DNA from: an uncultured Eubacteriales bacterium
GTDB lineage: Bacteria; Bacillota; Clostridia; Christensenellales; DTU072
DNA length: 64,000 nucleotides
Direction of reading: 5' to 3'
Assembly (NCBI GenBank): GCA_949292905.1
Contig: CASFAV010000010.1
Coordinates: 69,920-133,919, forward strand
In this document: positions 1-10,219 of the stretch, one piece after another
Position numbering within the stretch: the first letter of the stretch is position 1
How the letters are laid out: the number at the start of each line of letters is the position of its first letter
Notes under the pieces: model-generated
What the model saw: the letters and a program-made list of their open reading frames with translations, nothing else
Databases searched by the model: none
What the model was told of the DNA's origin: nothing
Translations under genes and position numbers: made by a program

Positions 1-48
1 GAAAGCTGAAGCTCCGCGAAGGCTTATTGCGCTTTACGTTCCGAGCGC

Positions 49-981
49 TCACCGCCAAGAGATATTCGCGCGGTATTTTTCCATATAGTGTACGAGCTCC
101 TTCTCGTTCAAGCGCCCTTTTATGCAACCTATCTCGCTCACGCACTTGCCGCCCGTAGCGTTGCCGGCAAGAAGTATCTCGCCCAGTCCGAGCCCGTAAG
201 CTATACCGTACACGAAGCCCGCAAGGAAATTGTCGCCCGCTCCCGTAGCGTCCACGCAACGGAATTCGTCGATCTCTTTCACGACTACGGTCCTGCCGTT
301 CTCCTTCCCCGCCGAGCCGCCCTTATCGAGTTTGACCACGGCGCGTTCGAACGTCGTCGACAGCTCGTCGAGCGCGGCGAAAGGATCCGCCTTCCCGGTG
401 AGCTTGCACGCCTCTTTCGTGTTGGGCGTGAAGTAGTCGGCAAGCTTGAGATATTCGCCGTACTTCTCGTAACCGAGTTCGTCGTCCCAGCCCGTGTCGA
501 GCACTATTACCGCTCCTTCGTCCTTCAAACGGCGATAGACCTCGGCGTGCTTCAAAGGCTCCGCGAGCACGAGCTCGCTCCCTTTGAGCGCGTTGTATAT
601 TTTCTCTTCCGTCTCCGCGTCGGATGCTTCGCCCGCGGTGTAAGTGGCTATTGTCCTTTCTCCCGGAGTGAGCATCACCGTGGAAAGATTGACTCCCACG
701 CCGTCGCCGCGGTAAACGTTCACGGGCTCGAGTCCGTAGGAGCGCATTTCGCTAAAGGCGAACTTACTGAAAACGTCCTTGCCGAGATATGTGCAAAGCT
801 TACATTCGAAGCCCAGTCCCGCAAGATGGATGAGAGTTGCGGGATACCCCCCGCCGAGCAACATCTCGAAGCCTTCCGAATACAGTTCCTCTCCCTCGCG
901 CATCCAGCGCGGCAAGCCCTTGTACACGAGGTCGACGTTGGTCATCGACACCGCGCCGATCCTGTTTATCAGTCTTCCCAT
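49..981 (-). CDS. PfkB-family carbohydrate kinase (310 aa)
   Basis: Tracked ORF 49..1380 trimmed to the ATG at 979-981, which is preceded by GGAGGAG. DATGAGDNFLAGFVYG motif near the C-terminus is typical of ribokinase/PfkB kinases. The 5' extension is Arg-rich junk overlapping the upstream gene. Confidence 0.8.
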   Translation of the reverse strand: MGRLINRIGAVSMTNVDLVYKGLPRWMREGEELYSEGFEMLLGGGYPATLIHLAGLGFECKLCTYLGKDVFSKFAFSEMRSYGLEPVNVYRGDGVGVNLSTVMLTPGERTIATYTAGEASDAETEEKIYNALKGSELVLAEPLKHAEVYRRLKDEGAVIVLDTGWDDELGYEKYGEYLKLADYFTPNTKEACKLTGKADPFAALDELSTTFERAVVKLDKGGSAGKENGRTVVVKEIDEFRCVDATGAGDNFLAGFVYGIAYGLGLGEILLAGNATGGKCVSEIGCIKGRLNEKELVHYMEKYRANISWR

Positions 982-2336
982 ACTCCTCCGAATTCCTTGT
1001 TGTATTCTATATACGTATTCGCTAATTTGCGTGCAATTGTATCTTGAGCTACCAAAGGATTGCATTTCAGCGCTTCGACCGCTTCCGCGCGGCTTCCCGT
1101 GAGTATGGCTCGCGCGGCGCGTCTCTCGTATTCCTTGACCGCCTTCAAGAGCCTCATGTTGACCTCGGGTATATCCTCGAAGCGGTGCGGTACGACGGCG
1201 TCTTTGGTAACGAGCGCGGTTATCTCCACCACGTCGCCGCCTTCGGCGAAGGGTACAGCGCCTTCCGCGGGCACGCACAATATCATGGTTCCGGGGTTGC
1301 CGCTCTCGACGATATCGATATACCTGAGCGCCACGCCCGCATAGCCGCCGTCGTCGCGGCTTTTGGGATCGAAGCTCCACGGTACCCCGCGCGATATGCC
1401 CGTCTCGTTCGCCATATACATCCTTTCTCTTTCGCCGTAGTACCTTCCGTATATCGCGAGCGCTTTGTCGAAATCCTTTTCTACGTTCACGCCCTTCAGC
1501 TCCTCCGTCATGGCTTTATTGACCCGCGCGATGAGCTCTCCGCGCGTTTCGCTCCCCGCTACGATATTGGCGTATGCGCGTTCCGGGTAATAGTAATAGT
1601 ACAGATATTCGTTCGGAAGGGCTTCAGCCTCGGCTACCGTAGCTTTGTCGAAATATCTGAGATCGGTCTTTGCGTAAGCTTCGTCGCTTACGGCGAGTTC
1701 TTTCATGACGTCCCGTCCGTCCACATAGACGTTACGGAAGAAGGAACAATGATTGAGTCCGTACATTTCGCCGCTTACTCTGTCGGGGGTAACGCCGTAC
1801 AGCTTACCGAATTCGCGCAGCATTCCGCTCGGCGCGTCGCATATGCCGAAAGTAAAGTCGTACCCGGCGTCCCTCAATGCCTGCGCCACGAGTCCGGCGG
1901 GATTGGTGAAGTTGAAGACCTTTGCGCCGTCTTTGGCGTATTTGCGCACCGCTTCGCAATATTTCGTCAGTTGCGGTACGGAGCGCATCGCGAACGAGAA
2001 TCCCGCGGCGCCGACGGTCTCCTGTCCGATAACGCCCTCGTCGAGTGCCGCACGCTCGTCCCTTACTCGCATCTCGTCGCCGCCTGCGCGTATCGTGGTT
2101 ATCACGTAATCCACGCCGCTCACGGCTTCTTCCGCGTCCGTAGTAAGCGTGAAGCGAAGATCGGGCGCGTTGAGCGCAGCCACTTTACGCGCCATTTTGC
2201 CGTATATACCCAATTTCTCAGGGTTGTTGTCCATGAAACGGAGTTCGTCTATACCGAATCGCGCCGCAGCCTGCGCAAGGCTTTTGGCAAGAAACATGGA
2301 TCTCACTCCGCCGCCGCCGATTACAGCGATTTTCAT
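969..2336 (-). CDS. Glycoside hydrolase family 4 (6-phospho-glucosidase-type, NAD-dependent)
   Basis: Trimmed to MKIAVIGGGGVRS (Rossmann N-terminus) with AGGAGG upstream. FNFTNPAG and GICDAPSG motifs are characteristic of GH4. Confidence 0.85.
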   Translation of the reverse strand: MKIAVIGGGGVRSMFLAKSLAQAAARFGIDELRFMDNNPEKLGIYGKMARKVAALNAPDLRFTLTTDAEEAVSGVDYVITTIRAGGDEMRVRDERAALDEGVIGQETVGAAGFSFAMRSVPQLTKYCEAVRKYAKDGAKVFNFTNPAGLVAQALRDAGYDFTFGICDAPSGMLREFGKLYGVTPDRVSGEMYGLNHCSFFRNVYVDGRDVMKELAVSDEAYAKTDLRYFDKATVAEAEALPNEYLYYYYYPERAYANIVAGSETRGELIARVNKAMTEELKGVNVEKDFDKALAIYGRYYGERERMYMANETGISRGVPWSFDPKSRDDGGYAGVALRYIDIVESGNPGTMILCVPAEGAVPFAEGGDVVEITALVTKDAVVPHRFEDIPEVNMRLLKAVKEYERRAARAILTGSRAEAVEALKCNPLVAQDTIARKLANTYIEYNKEFGGVWED

Positions 2337-2479
2337 ATCGTTGCTCCTCCTTTTACGTACCGTTATTTTACCATAAAAGAGCGCAGATTTGTATCGCATT
2401 TTCCATATTTTATAAAAAGGCTTCCCTTATCTGCAAAAATATTGTATAATTTTTATCAAAGATTTCCGTAGGAGGCATT

Positions 2480-3748
2480 ATGAAAGAACCTATCATCGTT
2501 TTTGACAGACAATTCGGCAACGCCGATAACTACCGCATCCCTTCGTTGGTCGTTACCGACGACGGTACCCTCGTTGCGTGCGCCGACGAAAGATTCTTTA
2601 CATGCGCCGACAATCCCAACCGCATCGACAAAGTCGTGAGGATCTCTACCGATAACGGCGAAACGTGGTCCGAGCAGATCACCGCCGTAAAAATGCAGGG
2701 AAAAGACAAACAACATTCCTCCGCGGCGATAGATCCCGCGCTTCTTTACGACGGCGAAACGGACACGATATTTATGCTTTATTCGATGACTCCCGCAGGG
2801 ATAGGCATACTTAACTGCGCAAAAGGAACGGGCTTCGAGGACGGCGGTATCATAGTGCGCGGCGGAGGCAAAAAATACATTATGCGCGACGGAGAGCTTT
2901 ACCGCAAGGGACAGCCCACAGGAATAAAAGTAGACAAAGACGGCAATTATGAGGGCGGAAACGTATTGACGCGCGAAGGCGGCTTGAGCGTGCACCGCAC
3001 GTCCTATCTTATGCTCATAAGCTCGAAAGATTACGGCAAGACCTGGTCCGAGCCCGTACATCTCAATCCTTCGCTGAAAGCGGACAACTACCATTTCATA
3101 GGATCGGGGCCCGCCAACGGCATACAGCTGAAATACGGCAAATATAAAGGCAGACTCGTATTCCCGATATATTACGGGCTTGCGAAACTTCCGATGAAAC
3201 TCACTTCTGCCGTAATATATTCCGACGATCACGGCAAGACCTGGACGCGCGGCGCGACTCCTCCGATCAAAGGTCGTTATCCCGCCGACAAGCCCATAAT
3301 AATGCCCATGCGCACATATCTTACGGAGAGCCAGGTCGTGGAACTTCCCTGCGGCGATCTTCTGTGCTTCATGCGCAACCATCATCCCAAACGCCGCATA
3401 TACGTATCGCGTTCGACCGACGGCGGCGCGACATGGACGGAACCCGAATTCTGCGAAGATCTGCCGCACTGCGTCTGCCAGATAACGGCTATCGCCTGCG
3501 AATACGAAGGGAAGTACGCAATACTTACGGTAAACGCCGCTTCCACCGAGAAACGCGAAAAAGGCGTTGCGAGACTCTCCCTCGACGAAGGCAAGACCTT
3601 CCCGAAGTCGCTCACGATAACGGAGGGCGAATTCGTATATTCCTCGGCGCAGATACTGAAAGACGGGACGGTCGGCGTCCTCTACGAAGACTGCACCAAA
3701 CACGAAAACATCAAATTCACGAAGTTCTCTCTGGACGAACTGAAATAG
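2480..3748 (+). CDS. Exo-alpha-sialidase, GH33
   Basis: YRIPSL (RIP motif) plus four Asp-boxes: STDNGETW, SKDYGKTW, SDDHGKTW, STDGGATW. GGAGG RBS. Confidence 0.9.
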   Translation: MKEPIIVFDRQFGNADNYRIPSLVVTDDGTLVACADERFFTCADNPNRIDKVVRISTDNGETWSEQITAVKMQGKDKQHSSAAIDPALLYDGETDTIFMLYSMTPAGIGILNCAKGTGFEDGGIIVRGGGKKYIMRDGELYRKGQPTGIKVDKDGNYEGGNVLTREGGLSVHRTSYLMLISSKDYGKTWSEPVHLNPSLKADNYHFIGSGPANGIQLKYGKYKGRLVFPIYYGLAKLPMKLTSAVIYSDDHGKTWTRGATPPIKGRYPADKPIIMPMRTYLTESQVVELPCGDLLCFMRNHHPKRRIYVSRSTDGGATWTEPEFCEDLPHCVCQITAIACEYEGKYAILTVNAASTEKREKGVARLSLDEGKTFPKSLTITEGEFVYSSAQILKDGTVGVLYEDCTKHENIKFTKFSLDELK

Positions 3749-3794
3749 CGTATCCGGCTCGGAATACGCTCGGGCAATAGTTTCCAAATACGGT

Positions 3795-3825
3795 AAACGG
3801 GACTTTTGACAAGTCCCGTTTTTTG
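3795..3825. terminator. Bidirectional rho-independent terminator between the convergent sialidase and ATPase genes
   Basis: AAACGGGACTT-TTGAC-AAGTCCCGTTTTTT hairpin. Confidence 0.6.
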
Positions 3826-3876
3826 ATAGCTGAGCATATTATTTCCACGCGCGCGGTGCGTAAGAGCTTGCGGAAA

Positions 3877-6270
3877 CTATTTTTCGATGGCGGATTCTAT
3901 CTTGCTACGAAATCTTTCGGGAAGTTTGACGTGCTTGAAAAGGTGTTGCATCCCGATGAAGATTATCACGCTGCCCGCTATGATAGGCATACCCAGTATG
4001 AACATATCCGCGTTATAGGTATCGCAGAGTCCGAAGAAGGCGCGCGTCACGGGAAGGAAGAAACTTACCACGAACAGAGCGAGCAACAGCACGAGTAACG
4101 TAAATCGTATCCAGGTGAAAGGAAGGCAGAGCTTGATAAGGAATATATATCCCACCGCTACCGTAACGATGACCGAAACCGTGGAGAGTTGCTCGGGCGA
4201 AATATTCATTAACGGCGAAACAAGGAATATGATCACCACCGAGATCACTATAGTGAAGGCAACGGGCATGGAATTCCGCAAAACGGTCGAGAGGAATTTG
4301 CCTTTGACTATCTCTTTGTTCGGTTCGAGCGCGAGCACGAAAGCGGGCGGCCCTATAGTGATGTAGCCTATGAGGGTGAGGTTCTTCGGAAGGAAGGGAA
4401 GATCCGCCGAAAGTATCATAAATACCAGCGCGAAAAGCGTGCTGTAAATGGTCTTGATAAGGAACAGGCTCGCGCTCCTCTGCAGGTTGTTGATACAGCG
4501 TCTGCCTTCCGCAACCACCTTGGGCAGACTCGCGAAATCGGAGTCGAGCAGAACGAGCTTGCTCACGTTCTTACTCGCGTCCGAGCCGGACGCCACGGCT
4601 ATCGAGCAGTCGGACTCCCTCAATGCCATAACGTCGTTGATACCGTCGCCGGTCATGCCCACTACGTGCTTACGCGCCTTGAGCGCTTTGACGAGCTGAA
4701 GCTTCTGATCGGGCGTCACTCTGCCGAATACGGTATACTTCTCTGCCGCCTCGTAAATGTCGTTTTCGGTCACCAAAGTCGTAGCGTCGATATACCGATC
4801 GGCGTTTTTAACGCCTGCGCGCTTTGCTACGCTCATTACCGTGACCGGATTATCGCCGGAAATTATCTTGATCGTAACGCCCTGTTCGTCGAAGTATTTC
4901 AACGTGGTCGGGGCGGATTCGCGTATCTTATCGGCGATCAAAACTATGGCTTCGAGCGACAGCCCTTTGGGAAGCTTTTCGTTCTCGATAGGCTGGTCCG
5001 ATTTAGCTATTACAAGCACTCTCAATCCGAGCGCCGAATAATCTTCTATCTCTTTCGCAAGCGATTTTTTGAGCTTCCCGAGTACGAATTCGGCGGCGCC
5101 CATCACGAGCGCGCCGTCATCGAAATTGGCTCCGCTCCACTTGCGCGCGCTCGAGAAAGGAATCACCTCCGATGCCTGCTCGTTACACTCGACGCCTTCC
5201 GCATACGCGGCTATCGCCTGCGAAGTGGGATTGTTGTCGCCGATATTGGCGGTGAGCTTTTTCATAAGTCGCATGGTCTCGTCCGCGTCGGCGCCCTTGG
5301 GGACTATGCCCGTTACTTCCATGCAGCCTTCCGTGATGGTGCCGGTCTTATCCAGGCACAACACGTCTACTCTCGCGAGAGCCTCGGTGCAATACAGATC
5401 CTGCGCGAGCGCGTGATGCTTCGCGAGCCTCAATACGCTGACGCAGAATACCGCGCTCGTGAGCGCCACCAGCCCGCTCGGTATCATTCCTATAAGCGTT
5501 CCGAGTACGGTGAGCACCGTGGAATTGAGCTCGTTCGCGCCATGCGCGAAATATTTTACGCAGAATAACGCTATCCCTATCGGAACTATTATTACCGACA
5601 TGAACTTGATCACCTTCATGAGGCTTCGGTATATCTCGCTGTTCTGCGCTTTCAGTTTTTTCGCGCTTTCCGTTATTTTCGCCGCGTAATTGTCTTTTCC
5701 TATATGTATTACGCGCACGTAAGCCGTTCCGCTTATCACGAAAGACCCGCTCTTGAGCTCCTCGCCCTCGCTTTTCGCCACGGGATCGGATTCGCCCGTT
5801 ATCAGCGCTTCGTTGACTTCGAGTTTACCGTCGATAACTACCGAGTCCGCGCATATCTGGTCGCCTGCGGACAGTTTGATAACGTCGTCGAGCACGATGT
5901 CTTTGAGCATTATCTCTTTCTCCGCGCCGTCGCGCATGGCGATCACTTTCGGCGCCGACAGCAACGACAGCTTGTCTATCGTGCGCTTCGCCATAAGCTC
6001 TTGCACGATACCTATAAGACAGTTGACTATAGCGACGAGCAGATATCCGTAATTGGCGAGTCCCGCCAGATCGTGTGTTATGAAAAACGCCATTATTACG
6101 CCGATTACGGCAAAAAGTATATTGAAAAAAGTGAAAATGTTGGTCCGCAAAATCTGCGCGACGCTCTTGGTCTTTACGTTGACGTCGCCGTTTACTTTTT
6201 TCTCTGCGATACGCGCGCCGACTTCTTCCGCCGTCAGACCCGCAATATTTGCGGCAAGATTATCGTCCAT
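3877..6270 (-). CDS. Cation-translocating P-type ATPase (HAD superfamily)
   Basis: DKTGTIT phosphorylation motif, TGDGINDV hinge motif, and multiple TM segments at both ends. Start placed at the ATG of MDDNLAAN; the tracked ORF begins 15 nt upstream at a TTG. Confidence 0.9.
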   Translation of the reverse strand: MDDNLAANIAGLTAEEVGARIAEKKVNGDVNVKTKSVAQILRTNIFTFFNILFAVIGVIMAFFITHDLAGLANYGYLLVAIVNCLIGIVQELMAKRTIDKLSLLSAPKVIAMRDGAEKEIMLKDIVLDDVIKLSAGDQICADSVVIDGKLEVNEALITGESDPVAKSEGEELKSGSFVISGTAYVRVIHIGKDNYAAKITESAKKLKAQNSEIYRSLMKVIKFMSVIIVPIGIALFCVKYFAHGANELNSTVLTVLGTLIGMIPSGLVALTSAVFCVSVLRLAKHHALAQDLYCTEALARVDVLCLDKTGTITEGCMEVTGIVPKGADADETMRLMKKLTANIGDNNPTSQAIAAYAEGVECNEQASEVIPFSSARKWSGANFDDGALVMGAAEFVLGKLKKSLAKEIEDYSALGLRVLVIAKSDQPIENEKLPKGLSLEAIVLIADKIRESAPTTLKYFDEQGVTIKIISGDNPVTVMSVAKRAGVKNADRYIDATTLVTENDIYEAAEKYTVFGRVTPDQKLQLVKALKARKHVVGMTGDGINDVMALRESDCSIAVASGSDASKNVSKLVLLDSDFASLPKVVAEGRRCINNLQRSASLFLIKTIYSTLFALVFMILSADLPFLPKNLTLIGYITIGPPAFVLALEPNKEIVKGKFLSTVLRNSMPVAFTIVISVVIIFLVSPLMNISPEQLSTVSVIVTVAVGYIFLIKLCLPFTWIRFTLLVLLLALFVVSFFLPVTRAFFGLCDTYNADMFILGMPIIAGSVIIFIGMQHLFKHVKLPERFRSKIESAIEK

Positions 6271-6504
6271 ATTTCCCTTCTGCAAATATAATTTATTATA
6301 TTATAATTTATCTATTAACGAATTTCAACAAAAAACGCATTATATATTGCTCTTAATTCCCGAATTTACTGTTCTGCCGATATGCGTTACTTCCTCCGCG
6401 CGCCCTATTCGCGTGCGCGTTTACTTTGATAGTGCCGGACCCTTGCGATAAATCGCGATTCATGCTAAAATATTATCGTATTTATGCTGACGAGGTAAAA
6501 TTAT

Positions 6505-7761
6505 ATGTTGTATAGACCTGACTCTCCCCCTATGGGTTGGAACAGTTTCGATTGTTTTGGCTGGTCGGTGGACGAAAGAGAATTCAAAGAAAATGCGGAC
6601 TACGTTGCTGAAAAACTGAAACCGTACGGATACGAATACTGCGTTGTGGATTTCTGCTGGGCATACCCCGGCAAAGGCAGAATAGCTCCGCCCGATCAGA
6701 CGCGGACCAACGGAGTGGCAGACGTTCCTCTACGCCTCGACGCCTTCGGCAGACCCATGCCCGCCACGGAGAAATTCCCTTCCTGCACGGACGGTTTCAA
6801 GCCGCTTGCCGACTACGTACATGCTAAAGGGTTGAAATTCGGCGTCCATCTTATGCGCGGGATACCTTGGGACGCGGTAGCAAAAAAGCTCCCGATACTC
6901 GGTAGCGAAGTCACCGCGGACAAAATAATTTCGGGAGAAAACTGCGACTGGCTCAACCACAATGCAGGCATCGATATGACAGCGCGCGGCGCGCAAGAAT
7001 ACGTCGATTCCATGGCGGCGCTTATGGAAGAATGGGAAGTGGATTTCGTCAAACTCGACGACGCCCTGCGTCCCTATCGCAAAGCGGAAATTGAAGCGTT
7101 TTCCCTGGCATTGGATCGCCTGGGGCGTAAAATAGTGCTTTCGCTTTCGCCGGGCGAAACTCCGCTAGAAGAAGCCGGACATCTGGAGCGTTACGCCACG
7201 ATGTGGCGAATTATGGACGATCTTTGGGACAGGAAAAGCGACCTTAAAAAAATCGTTCCTCTCGCTTTGAAATGGGCTTCGCGTCACGTAGACCGCGGCT
7301 ACCCGGATCTAGATATGCTTCCGATAGGCAGACTTTTGAAATGCGACGACGGCGTCGGGCGCGATTCGCGTTTCAACACGAACAACAAGCGTTATTTGAT
7401 GGCGCTGTGGGCTATAGCCAAATCCCCACTCATCATAGGCGGGCACCTTCCCGAAACTTCCGTCAAAGATATCGGATTGCTGACGCACCCCGATATAATA
7501 ACTTTAACGCTCAAGTCGGTAAACAATCGAATACTTTCCGATGATCCACGCTACCCCGTATGGGCGGCAGAAGCGGAAAACACTGAATATATCGCCTTCT
7601 TTAACGCGACGAACGCGATCAAGCCCTTCCGTTTCCCGCTGCGGCGCGAGTATGCAAGCGTAACGGAAGCCTTTACCGGCAAAACCAAGCCGTTGCCTAA
7701 GTCGCTTTACGGAGTTATCCCTCCGCTCGGAGTAAGACTTTTCCGCCTGAAACGCGTATAA
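6505..7761 (+). CDS. GH27-like alpha-galactosidase family protein
   Basis: N-terminal PPMGWNSFDCFG and VDFVKLDD resemble the GH27 MGWNSW and LK-D nucleophile regions. GAGG RBS. Confidence 0.65.
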   Translation: MLYRPDSPPMGWNSFDCFGWSVDEREFKENADYVAEKLKPYGYEYCVVDFCWAYPGKGRIAPPDQTRTNGVADVPLRLDAFGRPMPATEKFPSCTDGFKPLADYVHAKGLKFGVHLMRGIPWDAVAKKLPILGSEVTADKIISGENCDWLNHNAGIDMTARGAQEYVDSMAALMEEWEVDFVKLDDALRPYRKAEIEAFSLALDRLGRKIVLSLSPGETPLEEAGHLERYATMWRIMDDLWDRKSDLKKIVPLALKWASRHVDRGYPDLDMLPIGRLLKCDDGVGRDSRFNTNNKRYLMALWAIAKSPLIIGGHLPETSVKDIGLLTHPDIITLTLKSVNNRILSDDPRYPVWAAEAENTEYIAFFNATNAIKPFRFPLRREYASVTEAFTGKTKPLPKSLYGVIPPLGVRLFRLKRV

Positions 7762-7846
7762 CGCGCTTAGGTACGCTATTGCATTCGCGCACCGCGCGTG
7801 GTAAAATATTTATACGAAAATCGCGTATTCCGTGGAGGAGCGTATT

Positions 7847-9274
7847 ATGAAAAATCCCGCCGCAAAAAGAAGATTCAATGTTTTCGTAGCAGTTATTTTG
7901 ACCGTTGCCGCCTTGGCCGTTTTCGGTTGCGCCCTGTGGTACGGCATGCGGCAGAAACCGAAACGCGGTATAGTGATAGTCACCGCGCTCTTATCCGGAG
8001 GACTTGTCGAAGTCAAAGACGACGGTACGGAAACCGTCGTTTGGGATCCCGTACCTATGGACGAGTTTCCCATTCAGGAAGTTTTACTGCCTGACGGCTC
8101 ATTGAACATCTCCACGGAACTCGTTACGGAAATACTGAATTCATTTGAAAACGGTATATTCGACGCACTTGCTTTGGTGACCGGCGAGGACGGTTTTATT
8201 AACGCGCTTCAGGTCGACAGGAACACCGGTAAATCGGTGCGCAACATAAAGCCAGCCACGCCCGAAACCGACTCGCACGTAAAGTACGGCGTACTCAACG
8301 TATACAAGCAGACTTACGACAGCATGGTCGCGGAGTACGGCGACGAAGCGGAAGTGAGCGTATTCAACTACGACTGGCGGCTCGACAACGTAGAAAACGG
8401 CAGGCTTCTCGAAGAGTACATAAATTCCAAAGGCTACGACGAAGTGATACTCACTTCGCACAGCATGGGCGGCAACGTGGTTTCGTGCTATCTCGCGCGC
8501 AGTGAGGAAAACCGCTCGAAGGTCAAATTGTATTGCGCATACGCCCCCTCTTTGCTGGGCTCGGTAGACGCGCTCGCCTATATAGAAGATCCGATGCGGC
8601 TCGGAGATATGCTCGATATAGACGGCATCAAAAGCATGCTTCCGGATGTTGCGGCAGGCATGGTCGACAGCATAGTCGAAACGGTCTTGAACGACGTTAT
8701 GGCGGAATTCATACGCGGCTTCACATCGATGTATCAGCTTTTCCCCAGCCCCTATCTTATGGATTCCGCGCAGTATTCTCATACCGGTAGCGACTATATG
8801 ATAACGATAGACGGTAAGCCTATCGAAACGCGCGAGGAGCTTATAGAATTCTACGCTTCGCGCCCCTGGGCTTTCAACGAGGACGGCGAGCCTATATACG
8901 TATTCCAAAAGGAAGCCAACGGCAAGACCCGCCTCGAAAACTTCTTCGACTCCGCTTACGTCGCTACCGACGCCGGACTCGTACATTCCACTACCCTCGT
9001 CAATACGGTGTACTTCGTAGGGACGGGAATATCCGGAAGGGAGCGCGCGACGTATATAACCGACGCGGAAGGGAATATCGTACTTGACAAGACCTACAAT
9101 TCCTACGACGGCGACAATATGGTGCTCGTGTATTCGGCGACTGCGGCGCTCGGACCCGACGCCCCCGACGCATACGTCATCGACAACGGAAGCCACGGAC
9201 CGGTGGGCATAAGCTTCGACGCCCTTTTGAAGGAAAAGACTTTCGAGGAAATAAACAAGGTGTGGACGAAATAA
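7847..9274 (+). CDS. Alpha/beta-hydrolase, LCAT/lipase-like, N-terminally membrane-anchored
   Basis: Start moved to the ATG after GGAGGAG. One N-terminal TM segment. GxSxG nucleophile elbow SHSMGG. Confidence 0.6.
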   Translation: MKNPAAKRRFNVFVAVILTVAALAVFGCALWYGMRQKPKRGIVIVTALLSGGLVEVKDDGTETVVWDPVPMDEFPIQEVLLPDGSLNISTELVTEILNSFENGIFDALALVTGEDGFINALQVDRNTGKSVRNIKPATPETDSHVKYGVLNVYKQTYDSMVAEYGDEAEVSVFNYDWRLDNVENGRLLEEYINSKGYDEVILTSHSMGGNVVSCYLARSEENRSKVKLYCAYAPSLLGSVDALAYIEDPMRLGDMLDIDGIKSMLPDVAAGMVDSIVETVLNDVMAEFIRGFTSMYQLFPSPYLMDSAQYSHTGSDYMITIDGKPIETREELIEFYASRPWAFNEDGEPIYVFQKEANGKTRLENFFDSAYVATDAGLVHSTTLVNTVYFVGTGISGRERATYITDAEGNIVLDKTYNSYDGDNMVLVYSATAALGPDAPDAYVIDNGSHGPVGISFDALLKEKTFEEINKVWTK

Positions 9275-9322
9275 TTTCTCCCCTTTTCAATCTGATTTAC
9301 GTAAAAGTCAGGAGAAATTCAT

Positions 9323-9352
9323 TTGCAATACGCATATATAATGTAGTATAAT
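9323..9352 (+). promoter_or_regulatory. Candidate sigma-70 promoter of ssrA
   Basis: TTGCAA, 18 nt spacer, TATAAT, ending ~28 nt upstream of the mature tmRNA 5' end. Confidence 0.45.
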
Positions 9353-9379
9353 ATAGAACCCGAAGACGTAGATCGATAC

Positions 9380-9724
9380 GGGGGTGTTCCGGATTCGACT
9401 TGCGACGTTAAGGGGCAGTAAGCATACCGAAGGCTCGGCTTCGTAAAAACGGAAATTAAAAAATAACTGACGAACAAAGTTATCAATACGCTGCCGCGTA
9501 ATTAGCGCAGCCGTCGGCACTACAACCTGCGGGTAGTCAACCGGCGTGGTTTAGCAGGGAACCGCACGAAGTAACGTCTCGGACTTCGGACGGAAACAGA
9601 GACTCGGTCGAAGTAAAGTTTGCTTGTTGACTTTGCGGAGGCGACAACCGACAACACGCTAAGTATGTAGAAAGCTGTTCGGTAACCCGTAAGAACAGGG
9701 GTTCAAATCCCCTCACCTCCACCA
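9380..9724 (+). ncRNA. ssrA: tmRNA (transfer-messenger RNA)
   Basis: 5' GGGGGUG pairs with 3' CACCUCC, followed by A-CCA, with a G3:U wobble. GGAUUCGAC 5' motif. T-arm AGGGG-UUCAAAU-CCCCU. Internal tag reading frame ends ...DEQSYQYAAA-TAA (9469..9501). Confidence 0.92.
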
Positions 9725-9737
9725 CTGCGTCGAAGCA

Positions 9738-10140
9738 AGGCTTGTTTAGTCCGCCGCCGCCCTATGCGCGACGGCTTGACTTTAGAGCCTGCTTCTCCGC
9801 TTTCCCGAAAATATTTTGCTCCTCAAAATATTTCTCGGGAGATTTTTATTTGCAAGGAAAAATAATATTAATATAGGTCTTTTGCAAGGCTATCCGAGTC
9901 CGCCGCCGCACCATGCGCGACGGCTTGACTTTAGAGCCTCATACTCCGCTTTCCCGAAAATATTTTGCTCCTCAAAATATTTCTCGGGAGATTTTTTATT
10001 TACAAGGAAAAATAATATTATTATAGGTTTTTATGCAAGGCTGATTGAGTCCACCGTCGCCCTATGTGCGACGGCATGACATTACAGCCTGCTTCTCCGT
10101 CTTCCCGAAAATATTTTGCACACGAAATATTCTCCGTGAG
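9738..10140. repeat. Tandem repeat, ~150-bp unit x ~2.7, immediately 3' of ssrA
   Basis: Unit starts at 9738, 9887 and 10038. Each unit carries a CCG(C/T)CGC..GCGACGG hairpin and a long TCCCGAAAATATTTT-loop-AAAATATTTCTCGGGA hairpin followed by a T-run. The third copy is degenerate. Confidence 0.85.
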
Positions 10141-10219
10141 TTATAATAGTATTCGATGGCGGGTTTACATCAATATGCCGCCACGACAAATTTGATAAAC
10201 GCATATTAAGGAGGACATT

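Noticed and set aside
982-1380. 5' extensions of tracked ORFs (49..1380 beyond 981; 16882..19305 beyond 18984; 28344..28958; 31989..33428)
   Set aside because: The extensions are Arg-rich or overlap well-supported genes. Internal ATGs with GGAGG sites coincide with the start of family homology.
1044-3787. Long antisense ORFs 1044..2471 (+) and 2456..3787 (-); likewise 8141..9196, 15772..16488, 17200..18339, 21309..22409, 22506..23204, 28270..28956 and 34395..35561
   Set aside because: Each is the mirror of a gene with strong family motifs on the other strand. None has an RBS or a recognisable motif.
9308-9725. ORFs 9308..9520 and 9537..9725 on the minus strand
   Set aside because: They overlap the tmRNA gene, whose acceptor stem, T-arm and tag frame are unambiguous.
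9738-10140. CRISPR array, and the 87-aa ORF 9816..10079
   Set aside because: The period is ~150 bp with no unique spacers between short repeats, and whole units are repeated. The ORF is simply read through the repeat units.
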